Source: Candidatus Poribacteria bacterium (GTDB taxonomy: Bacteria > Poribacteria > WGA-4E > WGA-3G). From it: a stretch of DNA of 64,000 nucleotides. The stretch covers positions 3,589,052 through 3,653,051 of the forward strand of contig OZ242381.1 of the NCBI GenBank assembly GCA_965209095.1. Direction: 5' to 3'. This document shows, one piece after another, positions 10,042-18,895 of the stretch; positions within the stretch are counted from its first letter, which is position 1; each line of letters starts with the position of its first letter. The notes below the pieces were generated by a model. The model saw nothing but the letters and a program-made list of their open reading frames with translations. It ran no database searches and was not told the origin of the DNA. Both the position numbers and the translations under genes were made by a program.

Positions 10042-10193
10042 AGAGCGTATCTCATAAATCTTATGCAGGTCGGGGTCTCTGTGCCCCGCCATGTCTAATA
10101 TACCGAAATAACGGCGGGGCACAGAGACCCCGCCCTACATTGAAGTTGGATTTCTGAGTTGAAATAGGTTAATCTATTTATGAGATACACTGT
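10042..10193. mobile_element. MITE with AGYGTATCTCATAAAT TIRs enclosing an inverted REP pair
   Basis: 16-bp TIRs at 10044-10059 and 10176-10191 with TA close to both ends (IS630-like, inference); internal GGGGTCTCTGTGCCCCGCC and its inverse. Confidence 0.65.
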
Positions 10194-10361
10194 AATAATT
10201 ATCCAAATTTTTGACATTTTTAACTTGACTTTTTTTTGGCATGTTTTAGTATAATCTTGTTATGACATATATTTACACATGCGATTCTAAATGAAGTTTA
10301 TTGCCTAAATGTGATTTAACCAATTTAACCGATCTGTCCAGGATAGTAAGGAGGTATAAGC

Positions 10362-11081
10362 ATGTATCGTGATTTTTTTACCAGTAGGTGGGTTATTGGC
10401 GGATTTGCTTTCCTGATAGTGTTTGGTGTAGGGTGTGTGTTGTGGTATCAATATGATATTGCCCCCTACAAACGGGATGCTGTTGAGACTGCAAATTTAA
10501 CTCATCAATGGCAAAATAGTAAATTGGAAACTCATGATAACGAGATAACCAAGAAATCACTGAAGAATAATATTTCATCTGCAGAGAAATCAGGCACTGA
10601 AACAGACGGTGGAATCTTAGGGGGAATGAACACTAAAGTGAATCCATCAAACATGTCAGATATAACGCATCAAATGGAAAGTAGCGAACTTATACTTGTT
10701 TCGCCCCATGGATTCGGACCGTTTCCAGATGTGCCTGACGATTACATTATACAACCGTTTTCATGGGACTTTTACAAGAATGACCCACCAATTTATGAAT
10801 TAATGGAGCGCGTTCGGATGAAATTGTGGAAGCAAGGGATACGTGCTACAGGTATGCTGCATGCGAATGGATTAGTATACCCAACGATTCCCGGGACCGT
10901 CTTCGTAAAAAAATATAACCGTGATGGAGACGATTTTATTGAAATTCGGGGTTCTCCAAAAGACAATTTAGAATCTATTACAAAATCTTTATTGGATGGT
11001 GTTGTTCCCAGTGGTATTCAGTTACGTGATATGGATGAGGCTGGAATTGATCCCTATAAATTTTTGAACTTAACTAAATAA
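10362..11081 (+). CDS. Hypothetical protein with N-terminal membrane anchor
   Basis: AAGGAGGT RBS; one TM helix; SPHGFGPFPDVPDDY motif. Confidence 0.75.
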   Translation: MYRDFFTSRWVIGGFAFLIVFGVGCVLWYQYDIAPYKRDAVETANLTHQWQNSKLETHDNEITKKSLKNNISSAEKSGTETDGGILGGMNTKVNPSNMSDITHQMESSELILVSPHGFGPFPDVPDDYIIQPFSWDFYKNDPPIYELMERVRMKLWKQGIRATGMLHANGLVYPTIPGTVFVKKYNRDGDDFIEIRGSPKDNLESITKSLLDGVVPSGIQLRDMDEAGIDPYKFLNLTK

Positions 11082-11322
11082 TGATGCCATCGAACCAGCC
11101 AACATTACTTAAATCTTCAACGCCATCATGGTAAATCGTTTTCTGTGTTACATAAGCGATTGAAGTATCGTTAGTGTGCGCAAACAACTGTCTGGCAGAT
11201 TCTTTGCCAACAAGTTTACCTTCCAACCACATCTCAAACTTATCATTTTCAACTTTTTCAGCAGTATCGCGTAGGACTAAGGCGACATGATGCCAGCGAT
11301 CTGATACCGTCTCTATAAATGT
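11074..11322 (-). pseudogene. LamG/concanavalin-A-like domain fragment
   Basis: Not in the ORF track. Reads RWHHVALVLRD...FEMWLEGKLVG...WFDGII*; an in-frame stop lies just upstream and there is no start codon before the domain. Confidence 0.7.
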
Positions 11323-11492
11323 TTATCCCCATTAACATTTGTTAAGAATGTGTTGAATATTGCACAAACTGGAAAGTTTATGCTACGTTAAAAGGGGCAT
11401 TAGTTATTAGAAATACGACTTGTGCCAGTTAACAATGTGTTTATTTTGTGTTCACATGTATTTGATTTAACATATAAACATATCGTCCCTAC

Positions 11493-11550
11493 CAAATCAA
11501 CGCCAAATGCGCTTGGACGAATACGCGTTTGGTATTCGTCATGATTTGTC
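11493..11550. mobile_element. 58-bp YAAATCAACG-headed insertion splitting a REP
   Basis: Removing it restores AAACATATCGTCCCTAC|GGGACT, seen intact at 3775-3796. Confidence 0.7.
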
Positions 11551-11629
11551 GGGACTAAAGAGGGTTCAAACAAAAAGAAATACGGTCAAAACCACTGTTT
11601 GTGTGAATTTATGTTTAACTATTAGTTAT

Positions 11630-11758
11630 TTAGCACAACTCGTTAGAAATGGTATAGTTATCTCGCAAATCCTGGTTCGGACAAGTGGCACAAACTTTAC
11701 ACACCCATTTCGCGTAACATTTGACAGTGAATTCTCTGTGTTTGTCTTGAAGTTTCAT
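11630..11758 (-). pseudogene. Truncated small gene with a DUF2280-like N-terminus, interrupted by a MITE TIR
   Basis: AGGAGG RBS then MKLQDKHREFTVKCYAK; from codon 18 the sequence is a GGGTGTGTAAAG TIR (11686-11706). Family assignment is from recalled similarity only. Confidence 0.45.
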
Positions 11759-11774
11759 TGTAATCTTCCTCCTA

Positions 11775-11816
11775 AAAATCGTACTATATGGTACGATTTT
11801 TCGTACTATAGTACGA
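11775..11816. promoter_or_regulatory. Tandem GTAC palindromes next to the RBS (operator- or arm-site-like)
   Basis: AAAATCGTAC-6-GTACGATTTT and the perfect 16-mer TCGTACTATAGTACGA. Confidence 0.55.
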
Positions 11817-12195
11817 TTTTTCAAATTGCTCTAAACATAGTGTACATAAGGGTTTGTAAGGATAATCTCTAAAATCGAAAAAATTTAAAATAGTACAGTT
11901 TCTATTTTTCGGTTTTTGTCGTGTGAAGTCTGTTTCCTGTTTCAGGCAATTGCCCAATATTTTACTTATGGATACTTGAATGTTGATAAAGGTTAAAATA
12001 GATGTAATAAAAATGCACTTGGTGAATGTGTCCAAGACATTTTCATTGACACTTATTGTTATTGAAATGTCGTTTTTTAGTCCTGGTATTTTATTTATTG
12101 AAAAGGGCCTGTATCGGATAATCGCTGTGCATTGTCCATCGGGATTTGTGTGCATATTTTTTGACCTTTAGAAAAATAAATATGATGTAAAAAAT

Positions 12196-12225
12196 ATTAT
12201 AACATAAATAAATTGTTGATGTCAA
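12196..12225 (-). promoter_or_regulatory. Consensus sigma70 promoter
   Basis: Minus strand TTGACA-18-TATAAT with extended -10 TG. Confidence 0.65.
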
Positions 12226-12348
12226 GTTAATTATTACAATTATTTGATAATTTTTGTGTTTTTTTGTAAAAAGGGAATATTTCCTTGTCCTTTGCGTTTT
12301 TTTTTTCGCTAAGTTTTCATTACTCCAAACAGATATGATTTCTTGAAT

Positions 12349-12805
12349 AACCCAAGTTGCCACTTAAACAATATAACCTCCCGCTAAGATCGTTCAGAAT
12401 TTTGGCACATACCGCTCCGCTGGAGCGGAAGAATGAAACGATGTGCGTGCTATAGACATATCGCTCCGCTGGAGCGAAAGATTGGACATCACGCGTAGAA
12501 AGGGTGAAGCCGTGCAATAGGTGGCAACTTGGGTTTGAATATTATCTTTCTTGACAAAAGCGGAAGAATGAAACGATGTGCGTGCTATAGACATATCGCT
12601 CCGCTGGAGCGAAAGATTGGACATCACGCGTAGAAAGGGTGAAGTCGTGCAATAGGTGGCAACTTGGGTTTGAATATTATCTTTCTTGACAAAAGCGGAA
12701 GAATGAAACGATGTGCGTGCTATAGACATATCGCTCCGCTGGAGCGAAAGATTGGACATCACGCGTAGAAAGGGTGAAGTCGTGCAATAGGTGGCAACTT
12801 GGGTT
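12349..12805. mobile_element. 187-bp MITE (TIR AACCCAAGTTGCYAC, 5-bp TSD TGAAT) whose right part plus flank is tandemly repeated as three 135-bp units
   Basis: TIRs at 12349 and ending 12535; units start at 12431, 12566 and 12701; a single-copy relative lies at 53430-53615. Confidence 0.85.
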
Positions 12806-12812
12806 TGAATAT

Positions 12813-13156
12813 GGGTGTGTAAAGTTTTTGGCAAAGGTTATCTCACATTCAGACACATCGTAGGGGCGAGGGGACCTCGCCCTATAAGCGTCAATTTAGG
12901 GATATATCTTCTTGTGGGAGGGGTTTCTAACCCCGATAAACATTTTAAATTCGGACAAAATCGGGGTTAGAAACCCCTCCCACAAGAGAAAATTCAGCAA
13001 CTTTTTCTTAAATTGACGCTTATGGGGCGAGGTCCCCTCGCCCTCGTTGGAACACAGCCTATCCATCAGCAGGGGTTGGGATGGAAATGTGGCAGGGGTG
13101 GTAATCGGGCGGGGAGACCCCGCCCCTACGTGTAGTGCCAAAAACTTTACACACCC
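12813..13156. mobile_element. GGGTGTGTAAAG-TIR MITE with REP cargo and a nested 142-bp MITE
   Basis: Perfect 21-bp TIRs; flanks TTGAATAT and ATGAATAT (7/8 match); backbone matches the reverse complement of 30960-31144. Confidence 0.85.
12883..13024. mobile_element. 142-bp MITE (TIR CATAAGCGTCAATTTAAG)
   Basis: Near-identical copy of the same length at 37308-37449; both sit beside a GTAGGGGCGAGG REP. Confidence 0.8.
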
Positions 13157-13172
13157 ATGAATATTATCTTCC

Positions 13173-13201
13173 TTGACAAAATACGATATATCCATTATAC
13201 T
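13173..13201 (+). promoter_or_regulatory. sigma70 promoter of the helicase operon
   Basis: TTGACA-17-TATACT about 30 nt before the start codon. Confidence 0.75.
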
Positions 13202-13232
13202 AAATATTGAATTTAATGTTTAGAGGGGATTG

Positions 13233-15686
13233 ATGCAGTATAAAAACTTGGAGTTGGATCTGTTTCAAGAGGAAGCGATTGAAGCGATAAATCGTGAGCA
13301 ATCAGTAATAGTTACAGCTCCTACGGGTGCAGGAAAGACAGTTATCGCAGAATACGCAGTTGAGAAATGCCTTCAGACGAATAGGCGCGTTATCTATACT
13401 GCACCGATTAAAGCCCTAAGCAATCAAAAATATAGAGATTTTCAAGTTGAATATGGTGATAAAATTGGGATTGTCACAGGAGATGTGGTTTTAAATCCTT
13501 TTGCACAAGTTCTATTGATGACGACCGAGATATTCCGAAATACAATTTTTGATGATATAGACAGATTACAGGATGTGTCTTATGTCATCTTTGATGAAAT
13601 ACACTATATCAACGATATTGAGAGGGGTACTGTTTGGGAAGAGAGCATCATTTTTGCCCCACAACATATCAAGTTTGTTTGTCTAAGTGCGACGATGCCG
13701 AATATCGCCTCCTTTGCGGAATGGATGCAAAGTGTCCGAGATATTGACATCAAAGTCATTGAAGAGTTGGAACGTCCTGTTCCATTAGAACACTACATAT
13801 ATTTCAACGGATTTGGTATCGGTAAATTGAACCATCTGAATGATCTACGATTTGTTAACAGGCGAGAGATGCGCCAAGGTAAGAAAATGAAATGGAGTGC
13901 GAACAAATCGTCAGAAAAGAATAAAAACAAGGATTCAAATACAAAACGGACTGAAATACCAAAAGACATTGTAAATGTTGATTTGATACCTTATCTACTG
14001 AAAAAGGGCCGACTTCCCTGTCTCTATTTTTGTTTTAGCCGTAAGCACTGTGAAGCTAACGCGCAAAATTATGCTTCTTATGGTACACATAATTTACTTG
14101 ATGAAGAGAAACAGAAACAGATTTTGGAAATGTTTGACACACTTTGTACACAATTTGATATTGATGAAGAGAGTGTTATTTATGATTTTAGGAAACTTAT
14201 CGCCTGTGGGATCGCCTATCATCATGCGGGTATGTTGCCAACACTAAAAGAAGTTGTAGAACGGTTGTTTACTTCTGGATTGATTCAACTTCTGTTTACG
14301 ACTGAGACATTTGCTGTAGGAATCAATATGCCAGCGTGTACAGTAGTCTTTGATAGTCTTCAGAAGTTTGATGGTGTAAGTTTCCGTTATCTTCAAGCCC
14401 GTGAATATCATCAAATGGCTGGTCGGGCAGGTAGGCGTGGGATTGATCCTGTTGGATATGTATATTCAAAGGTTGATCCGAGGTATTCTATTCAAGGGGA
14501 TGTCGGCAAAGCAGTTTCTGATAAGATAGAACCGATAGCAAGTCAATTCAACCTGTCATATTCCAGTATCCTCAATTTATACGAGAAATATGGTGACGAC
14601 ATTTATGATGTCTATACGATGAGTTTGAGCAACTATCAAAATAAAAAACGGCTTACAGATGTCAATGCACAGATTGAACAGTTTGAAGAAGTTCTTGAAA
14701 TTTTGCCTGTTCCTGTCTGTATTCATGATGACATCAACGGCATGAAACAGATTGAGAAATATTATCGGCACAAGCGGAAAAACAGTGAAAAACGCGACAA
14801 CATATATGCAGAGATAGCACTTGCGAAATCTAGTTCTTCACGGGACAAATCCAAAAAAGCACGAAATAAAAAGTTGAAATTTATGTATAATAAATTGAAT
14901 AACGTCAAAAAAGAACTGAATAATAATCTTTGCCATGATTGTTACAAGCAGGATGAATGTTCTGAAAGATATCAAACAATCAGAAAATTGGAACAAAATA
15001 TAATCAATAGAAAAAACCGGCAGACAAACGTAGAGAATTACCAACGTAATCAGATTGCATCCCGACTTAATGTCCTTGAATCACTCGGATATATTGAAGA
15101 ACTGACCTTACTACCGCGAGGCAACACTGCTTCAAAAATCTACGGCTATGAACTGCAAATAACCCAACTTCTCTTTAGCGGTTTTTTTGAAAGGTTGAGC
15201 GAGGATGAGATCAATTGTTTGATTGTAGCAATCGTTTCTGAACCGAGAAAGGACGGTTATTTTAAGAAGATAAAGGATAGAAGAATGTTATCAATACTCG
15301 GTGCTGCGATGAATGAAATTGCTGATGTCCGACGGGTAGAGAATCAACATGCCGTTTCAGATTTAACACCGTTGATGGAACTGCATTCATGCTCTGCGAT
15401 GCGTGCTTGGAGTCAGGGTTGTGAATTTGAACAGTTGACTGACTATGCGGATATTGATCAGGGAGATTTTGTCAGAACATTTCGACTTGTGATAGATCAA
15501 CTCCGCCAAATAAGACGTGCTATGCCGGCACACACGTCTCTTGTTGATAAGTTAAATCGTTGTATTGGTAAAATAAATCGAGATGTAGTTGATGCTGAAC
15601 GTCAACTGCGAATTGGGCAAGAAAGCCTGTTTGAAAATGAAGAGGATAAACCGTTAGAACAGACTGGAGGAGAAATACATGGATAA
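13233..15686 (+). CDS. helY: Ski2/HelY-like DExH-box RNA helicase with DSHCT domain
   Basis: APTGAGKT, DEIH, SAT, TETFAVGINMPA, QMAGRAGRRG; C-terminal GDFVR...DQLRQI. Confidence 0.9.
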   Translation: MQYKNLELDLFQEEAIEAINREQSVIVTAPTGAGKTVIAEYAVEKCLQTNRRVIYTAPIKALSNQKYRDFQVEYGDKIGIVTGDVVLNPFAQVLLMTTEIFRNTIFDDIDRLQDVSYVIFDEIHYINDIERGTVWEESIIFAPQHIKFVCLSATMPNIASFAEWMQSVRDIDIKVIEELERPVPLEHYIYFNGFGIGKLNHLNDLRFVNRREMRQGKKMKWSANKSSEKNKNKDSNTKRTEIPKDIVNVDLIPYLLKKGRLPCLYFCFSRKHCEANAQNYASYGTHNLLDEEKQKQILEMFDTLCTQFDIDEESVIYDFRKLIACGIAYHHAGMLPTLKEVVERLFTSGLIQLLFTTETFAVGINMPACTVVFDSLQKFDGVSFRYLQAREYHQMAGRAGRRGIDPVGYVYSKVDPRYSIQGDVGKAVSDKIEPIASQFNLSYSSILNLYEKYGDDIYDVYTMSLSNYQNKKRLTDVNAQIEQFEEVLEILPVPVCIHDDINGMKQIEKYYRHKRKNSEKRDNIYAEIALAKSSSSRDKSKKARNKKLKFMYNKLNNVKKELNNNLCHDCYKQDECSERYQTIRKLEQNIINRKNRQTNVENYQRNQIASRLNVLESLGYIEELTLLPRGNTASKIYGYELQITQLLFSGFFERLSEDEINCLIVAIVSEPRKDGYFKKIKDRRMLSILGAAMNEIADVRRVENQHAVSDLTPLMELHSCSAMRAWSQGCEFEQLTDYADIDQGDFVRTFRLVIDQLRQIRRAMPAHTSLVDKLNRCIGKINRDVVDAERQLRIGQESLFENEEDKPLEQTGGEIHG

Positions 15687-16215
15687 TAAAGATTTTGACT
15701 TACAAGGATCAATCATTGTGCGTCCCGCTAAAGAAGAGGATGCAGGAAACCTACAAACATATTGCTTCACAGAAAAATCTAAAGAAGAGGTAGCAGAAGA
15801 ATTAGAAACTGACTTATCTGCAGATAGTCAAACGACCCGTCTTGTTGCTGATTCCAGCGGTTATGCAGTTGGTCATATTTCTGTGAAGAAGCATCCTGTA
15901 GATGATACGGTTGGACAAATTGGTGATCTGGCGGTCTCAGGACCTTTTCGCCTGTTAGGTGTTGCTGATCATCTTATTGAAGCTGCCGAAGCGGCTGCGG
16001 CTGGCAACGGTTTGACCATCCTCGAAATTGAACTTGCCCCATCTGAAAAGTCTGTTATACAAAGGTATAAGGATTGGGGGTTCTCTGAAAAACCGTTAGT
16101 AACGCTTCAGAAATCAGTCAATGCTGAGGTAGAGGAAACTGTTGATGAGGAGCCAGAGACAGAGGTAGATGAAGCTGATGATGCCCCTGTAGAACAACCG
16201 AATCTATTGGAATAA
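15679..16215 (+). CDS. GNAT family acetyltransferase-like protein with acidic tail
   Basis: LAVSGPFRLLGVADHLI (motif A-like), YKDWGF; overlaps the helicase stop. Confidence 0.7.
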   Translation: MDNKDFDLQGSIIVRPAKEEDAGNLQTYCFTEKSKEEVAEELETDLSADSQTTRLVADSSGYAVGHISVKKHPVDDTVGQIGDLAVSGPFRLLGVADHLIEAAEAAAAGNGLTILEIELAPSEKSVIQRYKDWGFSEKPLVTLQKSVNAEVEETVDEEPETEVDEADDAPVEQPNLLE

Positions 16216-16273
16216 TGTGAAACTCTAATAGGGAACAGATGGAAGACTGGACATATTTTTAAGGTATGCATTG

Positions 16274-17173
16274 ATGAAACGGTTTATGAAGAACTTTCTG
16301 CTTATTTTGTGTATGACTTTACTAATCGTTGGATGTGGCAACCAGAATGAACATCTTGCGAAAGGCAAAGAGTTGATAAAATCGGATAAACGTCGGAAAG
16401 AGGAACGCGCTGTGCGTGAGTTTAAGCTTGCCATTCAACAAGAGCGTGACAATGCTGAAGCACATTACCTACTCGGTTTCTACGATTCACAGGACTTCTA
16501 TGAAGTTAATCAACTTGAATGGGAACATGCATCTATTGCCCAACGCGGACAACATCTGTTCAAAGCGTATCAGAACAAGCCTCGGGAATACCTTGAAATC
16601 TTGGTTTTTGATACGCTGCGAGACGATGATGTTAATGTGCAAAACGCTGCATTAGAGGCATTAACCTTGGTATATCAACAAGGGGATCGTAAACAGTTGC
16701 TCAATCAGCTTGAAAAAGCGATTAAGTCTAAAGATAATCGTGACAGACATGATGCGCATTGGGTGATGTCAAACATCGGCAAATCCGATCCAACAACGAT
16801 GGTGCCGATATTAATTGAACTATTAGAGCACAATCAGACGGGTACGCGTTTGAATGCTGTGAAGGCACTTGGTGAAATTGGCAGTGAAAAAGCAATTCCA
16901 GTATTAGCTGCGTTGATTGAATCGGGTTCAGCAAAGCGGGAGGGTGATCGTGAGGTGGCGGAGGTAAGACAGATGGCTGTTGCTGCACTTGGGAAAATTG
17001 GTGGAAAAGCTGTTCTGGAGCTTGTCAAAATCACACAAAACAAAGGTTCTTCGCTTCGGGTGGATGCAATCCGGGCTTTATCTTCACTTGGCGATGAAAA
17101 GGCAGTGCAACCACTTTTGGATGCTTTGAAAGAGAAAAGCAGCAGAGAAATCGTTGTGGATTTGAAAAATTAA
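16274..17173 (+). CDS. Lipoprotein with TPR and HEAT/PBS-lyase repeats
   Basis: Lipobox IVGC; AEAHYLLG; repeated RxxAxxALGxIG. Confidence 0.8.
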   Translation: MKRFMKNFLLILCMTLLIVGCGNQNEHLAKGKELIKSDKRRKEERAVREFKLAIQQERDNAEAHYLLGFYDSQDFYEVNQLEWEHASIAQRGQHLFKAYQNKPREYLEILVFDTLRDDDVNVQNAALEALTLVYQQGDRKQLLNQLEKAIKSKDNRDRHDAHWVMSNIGKSDPTTMVPILIELLEHNQTGTRLNAVKALGEIGSEKAIPVLAALIESGSAKREGDREVAEVRQMAVAALGKIGGKAVLELVKITQNKGSSLRVDAIRALSSLGDEKAVQPLLDALKEKSSREIVVDLKN

Positions 17174-17201
17174 TAGGACTCTATCGTCAAAAGGAATGAG
17201 A

Positions 17202-18626
17202 ATGTCTAAGAATGTATTGCTGGTTTTGATTTATATCATTGTCCTTCTTGCCCTTGGATGTGATAATGTTTATTACGATGAACATCTGAAAATGGAAGTG
17301 CAACAACTTGATAGTGATCTTGAAAATCGATGGTCTACAACTGGGGTTGTTGTTAGTTCTATTGCGTTGAACGGACCTGCCGAGAAAGCGAATCTTGCAG
17401 AAGGCGAACTCATTTCTTATGTGATTGGGGAATATCCTATTCAGAATGCTAATGCCTTCAATAAAGCAGTCAAAAAGGCGATGGCAGACGACAATAATAT
17501 GCTGCTTTATCTCAAAGACAAGGAACCGATCCGTATTGCAACACGGAAAATGGGAGATAAGGTCGGTTTAGAGGTTGAGAACGTTGATGCTGTCCGTATT
17601 AGAACTATTACCCCTGGAACCCCAGCAGCAAATACAAACACTATTCAAGAGGGTGATGTTGTTGAAAAGATTGTTGATGAAAGGAAAATTCAAGGATTAG
17701 ATGACTATAAAAAATCTGTGAATGAATTTGCAGAATTAAATGCTACGGTGACCTTCCGCACAACTGAATTGATTGGTGTGAAAATCGCTGCTGTTACTGC
17801 CCTTGGAAATTTAGGAGATGCACGCGCTGTTGATGCGTTGATTGACATACTAAAAAATACGCGTGAACTTGCCCTTCGCAAAGCTGCTGCCCGAAGTTTA
17901 GAACGGCTTGTGGCATTGAGCGAACTCAACCCACTCTTTCAGCAATTCCAACTACAAGATTTGAATCAACTCCCCGCAGATACACTTGATACAGATCAAC
18001 TTGCATCCGCAGAAATTCTGAGTTTGCTGCTTGTAGACGCAAAAGCAAATACTGCAACGCTTGAAGCACCATTTGGGATTCAATTCCGACACCGATCTGA
18101 AGCACTGCATTTGAAGGTCAATGAAGGGCAACTTGTGGAACTCGCAGAACACTATATCCAAAAAGTTTATGAACCAGAACAAGAAATCCGCCGTGCATGT
18201 CTTTCTATCATTGCTAATCTCAAACCAGTTTCTGCTATTGAACCACTTGTTCAGGTGCTTAGGGATCAGGAAGAGATACCGGGTATTCGATTTCAAGCTG
18301 GGTTAGGTCTGAGTCGTATTGGCACGCCTGCAATTGATGCCTTGATCGCGGCATTTAATGAAGCGGATTCCACAGCACAAGACATCGCTGCTTCAGCACT
18401 GGGTAATATCGGTGGAATCCAGACACGTGACTTCCTAATAAATGCTTTAGAGACGACAAAGGATCCCGCAACACAATTAACGCTCGTGGATGCACTCGCA
18501 AAAATTGGAGATGAACATTCGCTAAGTGCCCTTGAACGTCAGAGAAAACGTTTTCAAGAAGATAATTCTGCTATACGCATATTTCTTGATGAGGTGTTTA
18601 GCAGCTTGTCAACGCCAACAGAGTAG
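17202..18626 (+). CDS. Lipoprotein with two PDZ-like domains and HEAT repeats
   Basis: Lipobox ALGC; GVVVSSIALNGPAEKANLAEGE and ITPGTPAA...QEGDVV; HEAT repeats after. Confidence 0.75.
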   Translation: MSKNVLLVLIYIIVLLALGCDNVYYDEHLKMEVQQLDSDLENRWSTTGVVVSSIALNGPAEKANLAEGELISYVIGEYPIQNANAFNKAVKKAMADDNNMLLYLKDKEPIRIATRKMGDKVGLEVENVDAVRIRTITPGTPAANTNTIQEGDVVEKIVDERKIQGLDDYKKSVNEFAELNATVTFRTTELIGVKIAAVTALGNLGDARAVDALIDILKNTRELALRKAAARSLERLVALSELNPLFQQFQLQDLNQLPADTLDTDQLASAEILSLLLVDAKANTATLEAPFGIQFRHRSEALHLKVNEGQLVELAEHYIQKVYEPEQEIRRACLSIIANLKPVSAIEPLVQVLRDQEEIPGIRFQAGLGLSRIGTPAIDALIAAFNEADSTAQDIAASALGNIGGIQTRDFLINALETTKDPATQLTLVDALAKIGDEHSLSALERQRKRFQEDNSAIRIFLDEVFSSLSTPTE

Positions 18627-18700
18627 TTGTTAGTTCTATTCTGTCAATAGTTTTGGAATACAACATTATTCAGTGTATAGTCTGATATTTTCAAGCAATA

Positions 18701-18868
18701 CAGGACTTACGCAGTTTCTCTTAAAGTCCCCTTGATAAGGGGGATTTAGTAAATCAACGCTACAAATGCCATTAAGGCATTTGGCGGGGTTAAATCACTA
18801 AAATATCATTGAAATTATGCCTTTTTAACCCCCCTACCCCCTTATCAAGGGGGAATGCGTAAGTCCTG
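18701..18868. mobile_element. CAGGACTTACGCA-TIR MITE (132 bp plus a 36-bp insertion)
   Basis: Perfect 13-bp TIRs; 5-bp TSD CAATA. Confidence 0.9.
18750..18785. mobile_element. 36-bp YAAATCAACG hairpin element
   Basis: Absent from the sister MITE at 20944-21075, which is exactly 36 bp shorter; stem CAAATGCC/GGCATTTG. Confidence 0.85.
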
Positions 18869-18895
18869 CAATAGTTATCCTCTCACAGAAAATTC

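Noticed and set aside
11507-12517. ORFs 11507..11872, 11784..12155, 11980..12171, 12091..12363 and 12320..12517
   Set aside because: Overlapping, AT-rich or repeat-derived, with no RBS or motifs.
12431-12810. 135-bp tandem units as a CRISPR array or a repeat protein (ORF 12394..12834)
   Set aside because: No unique spacers or cas genes; the units derive from a MITE, and the ORF is open only because 135 is a multiple of 3.
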